The notes below the pieces were generated by a model. It made no database searches. It was given only the letters and a program-made list of their open reading frames with translations, and had not been told where the DNA came from. Both the position numbers and the translations under genes were made by a program. A DNA stretch of 64,000 nucleotides, taken from the sequence record PV112478.1. One strand, written 5' to 3'. Of the stretch, positions 50,894-61,500 are shown piece after piece; within the stretch, counting starts at the first letter, position 1, and the number at the start of each line of letters is the position of its first letter.

Positions 50894-52963
50894 TTAAGCG
50901 GTTTCGTAATCAGTAATCTGACGACTGGTGTAAATGAACCGGTAAGGGTTAGGTTTGCTGTACTGTGCTACCGCACCGATCGGCGTATTGTAGAGATGAA
51001 TCTCGCCGCTACCGTACGTTTGGAAGCTGGACTTCACGCCGTTGTCGTAACTACAGCTGTAGAAATAAGACGCCCCTCTACCGTAAACGTTAGAACCTAC
51101 CGTATCTTTCCCGACGACATACAATGCACCTTTAATGCTGTCGGTGCTTTGGTTGCCGCTGGCGATCGTTTCGAGGTGAGCCACGAAGGTATTCAGTCCG
51201 TACTCTTCGATAGGGTAACCGTCTACATTTCGGTAAGTCGATTTGAATCGAATCCCGATTACACCCGGCCCTACTAACGACCCACGTTTTTGTCCATTAC
51301 CCGAACCGAAGTGATTCTCGGATACGCAACTGACTTCGAGGAACGTGCCTTGTACCCCCAACGGAATTGTCTGACGGTCACTGCCGTGATAGGTACCGTA
51401 AGTCCCGCCGTTACTGAAATGGCAATCTTGAGAGAAGACCTCAGCCCCGTAGTTGTTCAGACACGCCGTTGAACAGGTTCCGGTAACCTCCACGCCCTTC
51501 AACCATAAAGACGGCTTCGCGTTGATCGCCACAGACTCAGCACCCAAACCAATGTCGGTATCAGAGACTTTCACATTGGAGACGTAAATTGTACTGTTCC
51601 CAGTGAAATTCAGTCCCGTGTTCCTCACAACGACTTTAACGTTACTGTCAGGTTTACGGCTATTCGACGTCTGAACAATAATCGCAGTGGACGTCACGCA
51701 GTAGCTTCCTACTGTGGCCACTACCGCAGCAGGACCGTCTACTTCCACTAAGCGTTTAGGTAATCCGTTACTGTCTAACGTACCGTAATCAAAGACACCG
51801 GCGATACTTAGACCCGTTGCTAAATATTGATAGACAACGTTAGAGTCGGAGTAAAGCGACCAGTTAGTGATCCCCAGATCGCCCGTAAAGGTTGGTACGG
51901 TGCCACCGGTGCCATAGATACCGATCTTACGGTCATTCACTGTACGTTGAACGAAGAACGGTTTAGAGCCCTTCACGACGATACTGGTGGCAATAGGCGA
52001 TTTATCAATTGCAGCGTTAAGGGTTTTCAGTGGGTTAGCTTCACTTCCGTCATTCCCGTCTGCGCCGAGATCAGAGTCAACGTAGTAGACCGTCCCGTAG
52101 GGGAAGTACCATTCGCTCAGATCAAAGTCGGTTGAGAACCGCATCAGTCCCTGGGCCAACGCCCCCTCGTAAGGGAAGACCGCAGCGAGTGGATCAAAAA
52201 CCGCAGGGAGTTTAGGAACTACCGGCAAACAGTTATTTGCACTGTCGTAACTGGTCTCGTAAGAAGGGCCGGTCAGTTCCAGTAATTGCCCAGCGCGGAA
52301 ACGAGCCACTGTATTACCCGATTGTAGCGAACTTTGAGTCATTGACAACGACCCGTCATTCCCTAAAATAACCCCAGTATTCGAGGTAGTCGGTGAGAAA
52401 CTCCCTTGCTTCCCAACCACAAAGTTTTCGCCGTTAACTCGGCTTTTCCCGGAGAGCGCAAAGGTTTTACCGTCTGACTGATAAAGTTGGTACGGGGTAC
52501 GGAGCCAATCACGAATCGTGGTTTCCTGACCGAAATAAACTTCGAGTGTCCCGATGTACATCAATGAAGTGGCAACGGTTTTCAGTGTAAAGACACCGAT
52601 CGTGGTCGTCAACGCAGTGGGGATGAAGACTTCCTGTTTGATATCGGTCATGTCAAGCTGTAGACCGTACAACGTATTCAGACGGGCAACGATATCTTCG
52701 GCCGTGAATATTCCGGCAGTAGACATGAACACCACGGGCTCGGTCAGGACTTTATTGAGATTGACCCGGTTGTAATCAAAGACTGCTGAATCACGATAGT
52801 CACCTGCATCGGTCGCTACCGCGGTGATACGCGTGTTAAAATTCCCGGTCGTCAGGGCAGTGAGGTTGATGAAATCCAAATCGCTTTCTTTAAAAAAGGC
52901 GTCGTACTGCGTGTTCAGCTGACGAACCAGAAGCGCTTTACTTTTTAACGAGAAATCTGTCAT
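50894..52963 (-). CDS. Virion tail fibre / depolymerase-like protein (phiKZ-type N-terminal anchor plus beta-helix)
   Basis: NTRIT..Y.R.NL..L..IV..LN..YGL.L..DI N-terminus; YYVDSDLGADGNDGSEANPLKTL beta-helix entry motif. Confidence 0.75.
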   Translation of the reverse strand: MTDFSLKSKALLVRQLNTQYDAFFKESDLDFINLTALTTGNFNTRITAVATDAGDYRDSAVFDYNRVNLNKVLTEPVVFMSTAGIFTAEDIVARLNTLYGLQLDMTDIKQEVFIPTALTTTIGVFTLKTVATSLMYIGTLEVYFGQETTIRDWLRTPYQLYQSDGKTFALSGKSRVNGENFVVGKQGSFSPTTSNTGVILGNDGSLSMTQSSLQSGNTVARFRAGQLLELTGPSYETSYDSANNCLPVVPKLPAVFDPLAAVFPYEGALAQGLMRFSTDFDLSEWYFPYGTVYYVDSDLGADGNDGSEANPLKTLNAAIDKSPIATSIVVKGSKPFFVQRTVNDRKIGIYGTGGTVPTFTGDLGITNWSLYSDSNVVYQYLATGLSIAGVFDYGTLDSNGLPKRLVEVDGPAAVVATVGSYCVTSTAIIVQTSNSRKPDSNVKVVVRNTGLNFTGNSTIYVSNVKVSDTDIGLGAESVAINAKPSLWLKGVEVTGTCSTACLNNYGAEVFSQDCHFSNGGTYGTYHGSDRQTIPLGVQGTFLEVSCVSENHFGSGNGQKRGSLVGPGVIGIRFKSTYRNVDGYPIEEYGLNTFVAHLETIASGNQSTDSIKGALYVVGKDTVGSNVYGRGASYFYSCSYDNGVKSSFQTYGSGEIHLYNTPIGAVAQYSKPNPYRFIYTSRQITDYETA

Positions 52964-52979
52964 TTTAAATTCGCCCCAG

Positions 52980-55040
52980 TTAAGCGGTATAAATGAATTG
53001 ATACGGGGTCAGAAGCTGCGTGGCCGGTTTAGTGCCAATGTCGGTATCGAACAGGGCGATTTTCCCCACTCCGTTTGGAATGAACGAGAACGCCGAGTTA
53101 TCCCCTTTACAACTCCAGTACTGAGCAGATGCAACGGTCGTCGCATTCGCACCGGTGGTAAAGTGCGCCAGATTACTCAACGTGTTCGTCACGTTATTGG
53201 ACTGGCAAGCGATATTCACTGAGAACGTTCCTTCACCGGAGTCTTTGACGTGAGAACCGTCACAATGGCTGTATACGGAGTTCAGACGCAGGATTGTCCC
53301 GTATGCAGAGAGACCGGAGGCCGCAGAGGTATGGTTACTATCAAAACCGCAGTAGCTGACTGTTGCTCTATTCTCCACGATCCAATACTTACTGTTCATC
53401 GCAGGTAATACACGGTCACTGTTGTAACTGAATCCGCCACTGAAACCAAATTGTGCAACACAGTCTTGGTGTGCAACGTTATAACCGTAGCTTCCGAAGG
53501 ATGGGCCCTTGAACGTCCACCCGAACCGGCAGGCGTTCATGTACAGATACCCGTAAGTTCTCGGTGTGGTCATGTCCGCGATAAAGCCATTGTAGGAGAG
53601 ATCAAAATTACATTTCTCCATGAACACGTTACCCGCATCGGCGACTGACCCTGAGAGCGTTTTTGCAATCAGGTAAACGTTATTGTCAGGCTTGCGGCTA
53701 TCAGTTAATCGAACGTAGACCCGATTATTGGTGTTGTCGATGTAATAAGAGTGCGGGGTGTTCGCACAGTCGGTAATCGAGGTCTTAGCGGTCATCCTTC
53801 CAAACCCGGCATCGCTATATACCGTTTTGTCTACCACGGCAGCAATGTCACTGATTTTACTGTACCAGGTGTTGGCATCGTACCCTGACCAATCGGTACT
53901 TTGACGGGTGGAGGTAAAGGTAGGGTTAACATCCCCGTAACCAATAATATCGACTGTACGTTGGCGAATGGTTTGTGTCCAGCCAGAATCGGCGTCGTAG
54001 TAAAGATCTGCGTAACCTTTTACGCGAATAACCCTGGCAGCAGGTAGTCTGTTTATCGCTCGACGGAAGGTTTTGAACGCGGTCGCTGCGGTCGAACCGT
54101 CATTGGTGTCGGAACCGTCTTTGACATCAACGAAGACCACTGTACCTGTACCGGCACGTTTACTGGTGACGTCGAAGCCCAGAGAGTAGGTCAATGTCCC
54201 CGCATTCAACGACGCTGTTAACCCTAACGTTTCAGGGATCACTGCAAGTTGAGACGGTAATGTTGGTACTTTAGGAAGTAAGTTACCCGAGGCATCGTAA
54301 GACGTTTCGCCGTTGACCCCTAAGGTCTCCAGCAGACGACCGTTGCGGAAACGTCCTATCAACGTGTTCTTGCTGTTTGGGTGATAGTCGATTGCCGGGA
54401 TAATTTTCCCAGTGGGGGAAAGATAAAGCGCAGTTAATCCGGAACGTTGCGAAAGGGTACGACTGACGTCAACGATGTCTTTCCCAGCCAGTTTCCAGTG
54501 ACCGCCTAAAAAGCTGAGGGTGTTATAGTCACTTCCTACGGTAAATTGTAACGCATTGAAATACTGGTAAACCGCCTCTTGTTTGCCGAGATAGATAGTT
54601 ACGCTACCGGTGTACACGAGGTGGTTATCTACCACGCTGACTGTGATTTTTCTGACGCCAGTGGCAATGTCGTCGGGGCGATACGGGCCATCTACAAGAT
54701 CAGTGGTCGTTAGGGCGAGTTGGTATTTCTCGTTCAGGTACGGAATTAAATCAACGATACGAGAAAGGTTATAGTCTTCCAGTTGACAATAAGGTCGGGC
54801 CAATAACGTTTTAAAGCTCAGGCGATTATACTGTAATGTTACACCGAGTGATTGCAGGGACGAGCCGTTAGTGACGTTAATCGTCGTATTCAAACCGTTA
54901 ACAACAGTGGTGTTAACTGCGGGTGTACCTAACGAGATTGACGAAGTCGTGTACATTGTCCCGTTTGCTTCGTTAATCAGATCAACGGCAATCTGTTTTG
55001 GGGTCTGTTTTAAATCAACCATTTTCAATTCATCCCTCAT
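52980..55040 (-). CDS. Virion tail fibre / depolymerase-like protein, tandem paralog
   Basis: Same architecture; VFVDVKDGSDTNDGSTAATAFKTF. Confidence 0.75.
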   Translation of the reverse strand: MRDELKMVDLKQTPKQIAVDLINEANGTMYTTSSISLGTPAVNTTVVNGLNTTINVTNGSSLQSLGVTLQYNRLSFKTLLARPYCQLEDYNLSRIVDLIPYLNEKYQLALTTTDLVDGPYRPDDIATGVRKITVSVVDNHLVYTGSVTIYLGKQEAVYQYFNALQFTVGSDYNTLSFLGGHWKLAGKDIVDVSRTLSQRSGLTALYLSPTGKIIPAIDYHPNSKNTLIGRFRNGRLLETLGVNGETSYDASGNLLPKVPTLPSQLAVIPETLGLTASLNAGTLTYSLGFDVTSKRAGTGTVVFVDVKDGSDTNDGSTAATAFKTFRRAINRLPAARVIRVKGYADLYYDADSGWTQTIRQRTVDIIGYGDVNPTFTSTRQSTDWSGYDANTWYSKISDIAAVVDKTVYSDAGFGRMTAKTSITDCANTPHSYYIDNTNNRVYVRLTDSRKPDNNVYLIAKTLSGSVADAGNVFMEKCNFDLSYNGFIADMTTPRTYGYLYMNACRFGWTFKGPSFGSYGYNVAHQDCVAQFGFSGGFSYNSDRVLPAMNSKYWIVENRATVSYCGFDSNHTSAASGLSAYGTILRLNSVYSHCDGSHVKDSGEGTFSVNIACQSNNVTNTLSNLAHFTTGANATTVASAQYWSCKGDNSAFSFIPNGVGKIALFDTDIGTKPATQLLTPYQFIYTA

Positions 55041-55156
55041 TATACGGGGCGGTTAAAGTACGAGTCATAGAAAGGTTTTGGGATAAAAAAGAAAAGCGCG
55101 AGAAGGAGACAACAGGAGAAGAGAGCGTCTGCTCTCTTCTCCTGGGAATTATTCAT
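55040..55156 (-). CDS. 38-aa hydrophobic peptide
   Basis: MNNSQEKRADALFSCCLLLALFFFIPKPF...; coupled to both neighbours. Confidence 0.5.
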   Translation of the reverse strand: MNNSQEKRADALFSCCLLLALFFFIPKPFYDSYFNRPV

Positions 55157-55556
55157 CGTCTTCGAAGTCTTCCGGTACAGATTGGTAATCGTCATCGTCG
55201 TAGTCGTCCCAATCCTCTTCCTCGCTGTCGTCAAGTTCATCGATGATCTTGTTGTCAGCTTCTTCCATGAACCAGCCTTTCTCAGCCAGTGTAGCAGCAA
55301 AGACGTTGTTCCCTTCTTCGATCAGCGTTTCGGTCACCGCCCCTGAGTCATTCTCAGTAACGGCAACCACCGTGAGTTCTTCGCCGTCAGCGGTCTTATC
55401 GTTGACATCCGTTTTATAGAGTTCAAACCCTAACTGCTCGTTGACACTTTCTAATGTTTCAGAAAGGTCGAGTGGGTCCACCGGACGCCCGTCGTTGTCG
55501 ATGACTTCGAAAGTCTCTTCGTCGGTACTGAATTTCAGGATAGTGCGATTTGTCAT
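55149..55556 (-). CDS. Highly acidic protein
   Basis: GGAGG RBS; D/E-rich throughout, tail DELDDSEEEDWDDYDDDDY. Confidence 0.75.
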   Translation of the reverse strand: MTNRTILKFSTDEETFEVIDNDGRPVDPLDLSETLESVNEQLGFELYKTDVNDKTADGEELTVVAVTENDSGAVTETLIEEGNNVFAATLAEKGWFMEEADNKIIDELDDSEEEDWDDYDDDDYQSVPEDFEDDE

Positions 55557-55882
55557 TTCCAGTCCTCCTGGGTGCGTTTAATAAAGAGTGCGTCAACGAC
55601 AGTCAGATCGACAGGGATCAGCTCAGTCGCCGCATAGGGTTGCATAAAGTAAAGCGTCAGGGTTGTGTCGTTGGTAAGTTTCCCAACTACATTATAAAGA
55701 ACACCGTTGTACATTCCGGATGTGCCGGTTTTCAGATTGAGTGCGATAATGAGTTGTCGGCCCAGTAAATCGCAATTGTTACCAGGGTAACTGTCGCGGA
55801 GTTTAAAGAGTACTCGACCCACCTTTTCTTGCCATTCTTTCATTAACACATTGAGAATTGTTTCTCTTGTAATAACCTGCAT
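55553..55882 (-). CDS. Hypothetical protein
   Basis: Start moved to ATG 55882 (AAGGA RBS). Confidence 0.65.
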   Translation of the reverse strand: MQVITRETILNVLMKEWQEKVGRVLFKLRDSYPGNNCDLLGRQLIIALNLKTGTSGMYNGVLYNVVGKLTNDTTLTLYFMQPYAATELIPVDLTVVDALFIKRTQEDWK

Positions 55883-56003
55883 CTTGTCTTCCTTATTGGT
55901 CGTTATCATAGAAAGTTTACTTAAAAATAGATTTGGGGTAGTCAAGAAAAACAGGCGGTATATTGCTATGTTAACACCTAAAATGAACAAGGCATAAGTA
56001 GCG

Positions 56004-56216
56004 ATGAACTATTCAATCATTCCCACCACAGCGCAAAAAATTGTTGAGATTACCCGCAGTAAAATTGACCCGAATGCGGTCACGCTCATTTTCGAAGACG
56101 GGGCAAACGAAACATTTCTGGATTGGTTTGTCCAGAAACATAAACCAGCAATCGGTCGTTTTCTGGCCAAAGACACCGACGGTTTCCTGCACGTAGTAGA
56201 CACGATCGACGCATAA
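56004..56216 (+). CDS. Small hypothetical protein on plus strand
   Basis: Fills gap, followed by bidirectional terminator; WFVQKHKPAIG motif. Confidence 0.65.
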   Translation: MNYSIIPTTAQKIVEITRSKIDPNAVTLIFEDGANETFLDWFVQKHKPAIGRFLAKDTDGFLHVVDTIDA

Positions 56217-56224
56217 AAGAACAC

Positions 56225-56257
56225 AGAAAGGAAAGGGGTTAGTCCCCTTTCCTTTCT
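56225..56257. terminator. Bidirectional terminator
   Basis: AGAAAGGAAAGGGG-ttagt-CCCCTTTCCTTTCT between convergent genes. Confidence 0.8.
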
Positions 56258-56501
56258 AGTCTATATTGTTTTTCAGGATGTCTTCGGCAGGGTAGAAATG
56301 ATCTTCTACGATTTTACCGAATTGATGGGCGCCAGTGAGTGCGTTTTCTACGGGGGTGATGTAAGCGGCTTTATTGTCCCAGGGCGGGAGAAGCTCTGAG
56401 AGCAGCAGCGCGGCTTCGTTTAGTAAAGGTAGGTTCTCGTCAGGGACGAATGAGATTGTCTCTTGTAGGCTCTCTAAGAGCGCTATACGGGGAGTAAACA
56501 T
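56256..56501 (-). CDS. Small hypothetical early protein
   Basis: AAGGG RBS; downstream of promoter copy 8. Confidence 0.65.
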   Translation of the reverse strand: MFTPRIALLESLQETISFVPDENLPLLNEAALLLSELLPPWDNKAAYITPVENALTGAHQFGKIVEDHFYPAEDILKNNID

Positions 56502-56518
56502 AGTTGACCCTTAAAGGT

Positions 56519-56631
56519 GAAATAAGACAGGGACCGAAGTCCCCGAACTTATAAATTAAAATGAATGTCTCGTTATTAACCGGCACTGTGAGAAACGGTT
56601 AAATAGGAGTAATCGGAGGGTGTCTTATTTC
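56519..56631 (-). ncRNA. Putative structured RNA / 5' leader
   Basis: 11-bp closing stem GAAATAAGACA/TGTCTTATTTC enclosing TTAACCG/CGGTTAA and GGGAC-UUCG-GTCCC hairpins. Confidence 0.5.
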
Positions 56632-56634
56632 CTC

Positions 56635-56663
56635 TTCACAATTGTAATATAGATGTGAAAAAG
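56635..56663 (-). promoter_or_regulatory. Putative early promoter, copy 8
   Basis: ctttttcac-ATCTATATTAC-aattg-TGAA. Confidence 0.78.
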
Positions 56664-56671
56664 AATGGGAA

Positions 56672-58450
56672 TTAAACAGGGGTTAATTCTTCCAGTCTGA
56701 CTTCTATAGACCGGGTTGTCGCTGTTGGGGCGGTTCCAAACTCAATGTTAAATGATGTAACTGATTTACCGGCTAACAACGGGCGAACGGTCGTTTGGTA
56801 ATCGGGCAATATTGAAACAATTCTATAATTTGTGTTCAGAACGGTCGATGGTAAATTAAGCGAGAAAACAGTGGTTGTACCGTCACCTGTGATGCTATAG
56901 GTCTTAGTGATTTCTGTTACATAGCCAATGTTACCAGAAATTAAAAGATTTGTTTTAGTGGCACCACCGTAGTTTATTTTCCCATCACCGGCCGAATCAG
57001 AGAAATGATTATTTTTAATCATTGAGTCAGCTATAGTTCCGCTGGGACCGATTGAAATATCATAACCACTGTTGTTTAAAAAAGTGTTATTTAAAATATC
57101 GATTTGGTAACAAGACGAAAGGTTAGTTTGGATATCGATTCCTCTCCCTGTACTCGTCTTAGTTGTTCCAGTTTCATTGTCTAAATAGTCAGCTTTAAAA
57201 GAACCTATAATAAAACAATTTATAATTTTTAAACCTACGAAACCAGAACAATATATCCCAGACCCACAATTGTCAATGACAACATTACTGAATTCACAAT
57301 ATGTTAAGGAGCCTAACGAGCCAATCCCAGACCGTTTACAATTTTTAGAGGTGAAATTGGTTATAGAACATTTTACAATATTATTTTCGCCTAAATACGC
57401 CCCGTCTTGGCAGTTATCGGCGGTACCGCCATCCAGTTTCGCATTATAGCATCCGTTGAAATCTACGCCATTGTCAACGCAGTTTTTAACGTACGGGTTG
57501 CTAACAAGATGGTCTTGACATTTCCCGTTGGCAATCCCGATGAAACCTGCTGTATTGACTGCATCCGAGATGGACTTACATCCTACAGTTCGACCTAAAG
57601 AATCGGCCCTAAACTTAATCCCGTTAGAATCTACATTCTCAATAATATTTTCTGAAGAAACATGCTCAATACAATTTGTGACATATTGCCCACAGGACGT
57701 CTCAACGGCCCCACCTTTGATTTGATGAATATAATTTTTTCTACAAAATGTGCGGGTGGTATTCTCGAAGTATGCGCCATTAGCTACAAAGTTAACGACC
57801 TCAATATCTTCCAGACCCGCCCCAGTGACTCCGACAGCAGAAAATGCGAAATGTTTACTTGACGAAGTTAAATCACCGGCGATCTTCCCTTTCTTATTCA
57901 CAGACTTAAGAACAGAGTAGTTAGAGGCAATGAACATGTGTCCTGTGCTGTTTACCTTTTTACTTACTGTTACTCCAGGTAAAACGATCAACGTAATATT
58001 TTCTGGTATAACAAAACTGTCGACAATGACATTGATATCTATTTCGACAGTATTATTAATTTTCGCCGCCTTGGAACAAAGAACTGATAAAACCGAGGTG
58101 ATGTCAGTATTCGGCGTGGCATAGTCTGAAACTTTAGGAGGGAGCTTATTAATAGAAGAAAGAACGCTGGTTTGATTTAATGCTAAGTTAATATTGAAAC
58201 TCCCAGTGGAAGTGACTAGATTAGCACTCCCGTCTGGATTTAAGCTAATGGAATTAAAAATACCACTAGCATTGCCTTTATCCCAAGTTGTTTCGGTATC
58301 TGGGTGGAATAAAATTTTACTTTGATTAATACTGTTACCTGACTCTAAATACCCAACCTCCGCTTCTGAAATACCATAAATTCTTGCCAGACTATTTTTG
58401 TTTGTTATCTCAGCAGAGCTGCCGCCAGGTTGAACTAAACGATTTAACAT
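56672..58450 (-). CDS. Tailspike with CBA120 TSP1/TSP3-like N-terminal docking domain and beta-helix
   Basis: QP.GS...TNK.SLAR.YG..EV.Y matches the Ackermannviridae TSP docking domain; pectin-lyase-like N/C/G repeats. Confidence 0.85.
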   Translation of the reverse strand: MLNRLVQPGGSSAEITNKNSLARIYGISEAEVGYLESGNSINQSKILFHPDTETTWDKGNASGIFNSISLNPDGSANLVTSTGSFNINLALNQTSVLSSINKLPPKVSDYATPNTDITSVLSVLCSKAAKINNTVEIDINVIVDSFVIPENITLIVLPGVTVSKKVNSTGHMFIASNYSVLKSVNKKGKIAGDLTSSSKHFAFSAVGVTGAGLEDIEVVNFVANGAYFENTTRTFCRKNYIHQIKGGAVETSCGQYVTNCIEHVSSENIIENVDSNGIKFRADSLGRTVGCKSISDAVNTAGFIGIANGKCQDHLVSNPYVKNCVDNGVDFNGCYNAKLDGGTADNCQDGAYLGENNIVKCSITNFTSKNCKRSGIGSLGSLTYCEFSNVVIDNCGSGIYCSGFVGLKIINCFIIGSFKADYLDNETGTTKTSTGRGIDIQTNLSSCYQIDILNNTFLNNSGYDISIGPSGTIADSMIKNNHFSDSAGDGKINYGGATKTNLLISGNIGYVTEITKTYSITGDGTTTVFSLNLPSTVLNTNYRIVSILPDYQTTVRPLLAGKSVTSFNIEFGTAPTATTRSIEVRLEELTPV

Positions 58451-58468
58451 GGTCGTTCCTTAAAAGGT

Positions 58469-58492
58469 AAAGGAGGAGATATCTCCTCCTTT
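58469..58492 (-). terminator. Hairpin between tailspike genes (overlaps RBS region)
   Basis: AAAGGAGGAGA-ta-TCTCCTCCTTT. Confidence 0.55.
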
Positions 58493-58502
58493 TTATCTTT
58501 AA

Positions 58503-61500
58503 TTACGAATGCCCTAACGCATCCACCAAAGACTGAAGTTTCTCGCGCAGTCTATCCGTTTCCCTGCGCTGGTAAGCCGCCTCTAGCGCTAAACACTCTT
58601 CCATACGTATCATCCAAACTTCTCCCTCCTCTACGGCGGGTTGTTCAGGGATTGCTGGGGAAAGTTCAACACCATCTTTGTCTAACACCGCTGGGACAGC
58701 AGGTACAGCTGCTTTTGCATCCCATCTGTTATAAATGAGAATCCCGTAATCGGTTGCATCCATTCCTGCCGCTTCAAATGCTTCTTTGATATCTTGAGCG
58801 ACAATACCGAAGTGAACCCGGGCATTAGCTGACCCTTTCTCGGCTATTGCTGTTTTAAGTTTCCATTGACTAAACTTGACGGTTCCCCAGACATCGAGAA
58901 CTTCATCAGCGATACTGTTTATTTCGTCTTTATAAGTCCGATCCGAAATCACCGTTACAGCATTTTGAGAGAAAACATCTTTAAACGTAGACGATGCTGA
59001 ACCTAACGTGTATGTTGCAGTCGTCGTCGGTAAAAAGTTACCTGTCGTCCAGAGATTACCCCCTGCATTAATCGTGATCCCGGATGCGCTAGTTGCTGCG
59101 ATATATCCTGTCGCGGTGGTTCCGCCGTTGTAGTAGAAATTAAGATATTTAACACCTACACCGCCAGAATACCCAACGTCGGTGGCGTATATTGAACGCC
59201 AAGCATTCGCTACGCCAGTGCCGCCGGAAACAACGACAGATTTAGCGGTAACCGTATTCCCGTTCCAATCGTTACTGAATGAATAGGCGCTAAGGTTACT
59301 TTGGTCAATAGCTAAGGTGTCCCCTACTGCCCCTACAACGCCGTATAGCACGTAATTCCCGCTAGCAGTACCGTCCGCGTTCATCACACGCTTCAGTATT
59401 TTCACCGAACCTGTCGTACCTGTACTTGAACCGCTCACAATCCAAATTGGTATACCGACCGCAACATACGGAAGGTTAGCGGCGGGGACACTAATTGTCG
59501 TGAATCCCGCAGTGCCATCTACCGCTGTCACAGTTGCACTAAAAGCGGTTTGAAACGCTGATTCTAATGTGACGCCGTCGGCTATCATTCTGAACTGCGT
59601 ACCAAAACCTGATGTCACTGACGGTGTCACGAGACTACCGGTTTGTGATAGTGTAATTTGGCTCCATGGCGCGAGCATGTCTCCTTTGTAGAAAAGTCCT
59701 CCTCCTAAACTACCGTTCGCCCCCGAGTAATCACTGACTGTACTGATAACACTTGTCGCTGGTGATTCAGGGAAATAATTCCCGCAACCACCCGGGAACA
59801 TCGGGATACCACCGTGATAAGCTTCAATGGCCTTCAAAATTATCGGTGTGGTAGCCGGGACTGTGATGACGATGTTCGCATTACGACCGTAGGTAAAAAT
59901 CCCGTCCCAAGCAGATAGGCGTTTGTTGTAGAGTTGTAGCATTTTATAGCCATTGCCGTAATCAATGACTTTTTCAGCGAAGCTTTTATAAATTGCTTCT
60001 TTGTCACTACCTTCTTGAGCAGCGGCGGTGATCCATGCTACTATTTGTCTAGGGTCGAAATTACCTGTTAAATCTTTGATCCAAATACAGACTGTGTTAC
60101 GCGGAGAGGGGTTCTGCCATGGGATAAAGACAGTACCGCTGTTAATCTGTAAACCATACGGGTTAAACATCTCTTTTGCGTAGGGGCGATAACGCAAAGA
60201 TTCCCAATCGGTTCCTGGTAACAGATATAAGTTATATGGTCCGTATTTGAAGTCGAAGCCGGTATGTCGAAACGCACCGAGATCGCGACTTGGGCTGTTT
60301 ATACTGTAGCTTGCTTGGCCATTAGGGAGGTCAAATTGTTGTAACCCCGCCGGCAGTGTGTATTGCCCGTTATCGCTAATGGTACCGAAACATCCACTTT
60401 CAAAGACAATTTGATTATAATTGGCAAAGTCATCCTTGTAAGTGCTCACCATGTCAATCTTCAAACCCTGTAACCTGGACGCATTACCGCTGAAGGTGTA
60501 GGCTGATATCATGAAATTATTGTAGCACCATTCGGTATACAATGCACTAAATGTGTGGTTCCTCGCGGACGTGTAGACAATAGCCCGGCCAGGGTTAAAA
60601 TTCTTCGCTGCGGAGGCGGAAATATACGACCCGTGACATTGAAACCCTGTCCCCGTTACCACTGCCAAATAATCGGGTATTAACCCCGAAACGTTTTTTG
60701 TCATGTCTTGCCACGCTAACGCGTTGGCAATAATGCCACCGGAGAATTTAGACCAATCAGTTGAGTTACGGTAGACCCCGCGACGACCATTGTAGAATCG
60801 GCAGTTTTCGCAGTTCATTCCGTAGAAGTTACCGAATCGTGTTGATTGTGTCTCAGAAAGGAAATCACAAACGTATTGATAATCTAAAACATTATCGTCG
60901 AACTTGTTACCGTAAACCGTTTTATAATTTGTTTCCGCTAATTGAGCGGGTACTGCTACGGCGCACCAGTTAAAATTGCGAATTTCAACATTCTTCAGGG
61001 TAATATATTCTGGGTTTAATATTAGAATCCCAACGCCGGAAGAACAGTCAACCGGCAATTGTTCAACCACATGATCACCGTAAAACGTTCCGCCGTTGAC
61101 TGTGACTTTTTGGCAGCTAACACTACCCCAATAAGCTTTCTTACCGATCGCTTCCCATTTTGCCTTAATTTCGTTGTAACCATGCACAAATCCATTTAAA
61201 CGTTTGCCGGTGGCCGAAAAACTGTAAGATTTACCGGCGTAGACAAAAATAGTCGCTCCGTTAAGATTGTAGGTCACTTGGTTATAAACGCTGTGTGCTT
61301 CTTTACCAATGCGATAGATATTAGGCGGTAACTCCACCGTAATATTTTTATACCCGGTATAAGTCGAGTAATTGTTTGACGGCGAAACAGGTAAAGGTAG
61401 CTGGTAGAAAATACCGTTGAGTGCTTGCCCCAAACAAACGAAATCATCTGTGGTCTTATCAGTGGCTTGTGCTACAGTGACCGCTTTAGCACCGTTAGCC

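Noticed and set aside
56004-56216. Possible link to Tad2-associated small anti-defence domains (W..KH.P..G motif)
   Set aside because: The rest of the motif (GY...SP..FE.GY) is absent; too weak to call.
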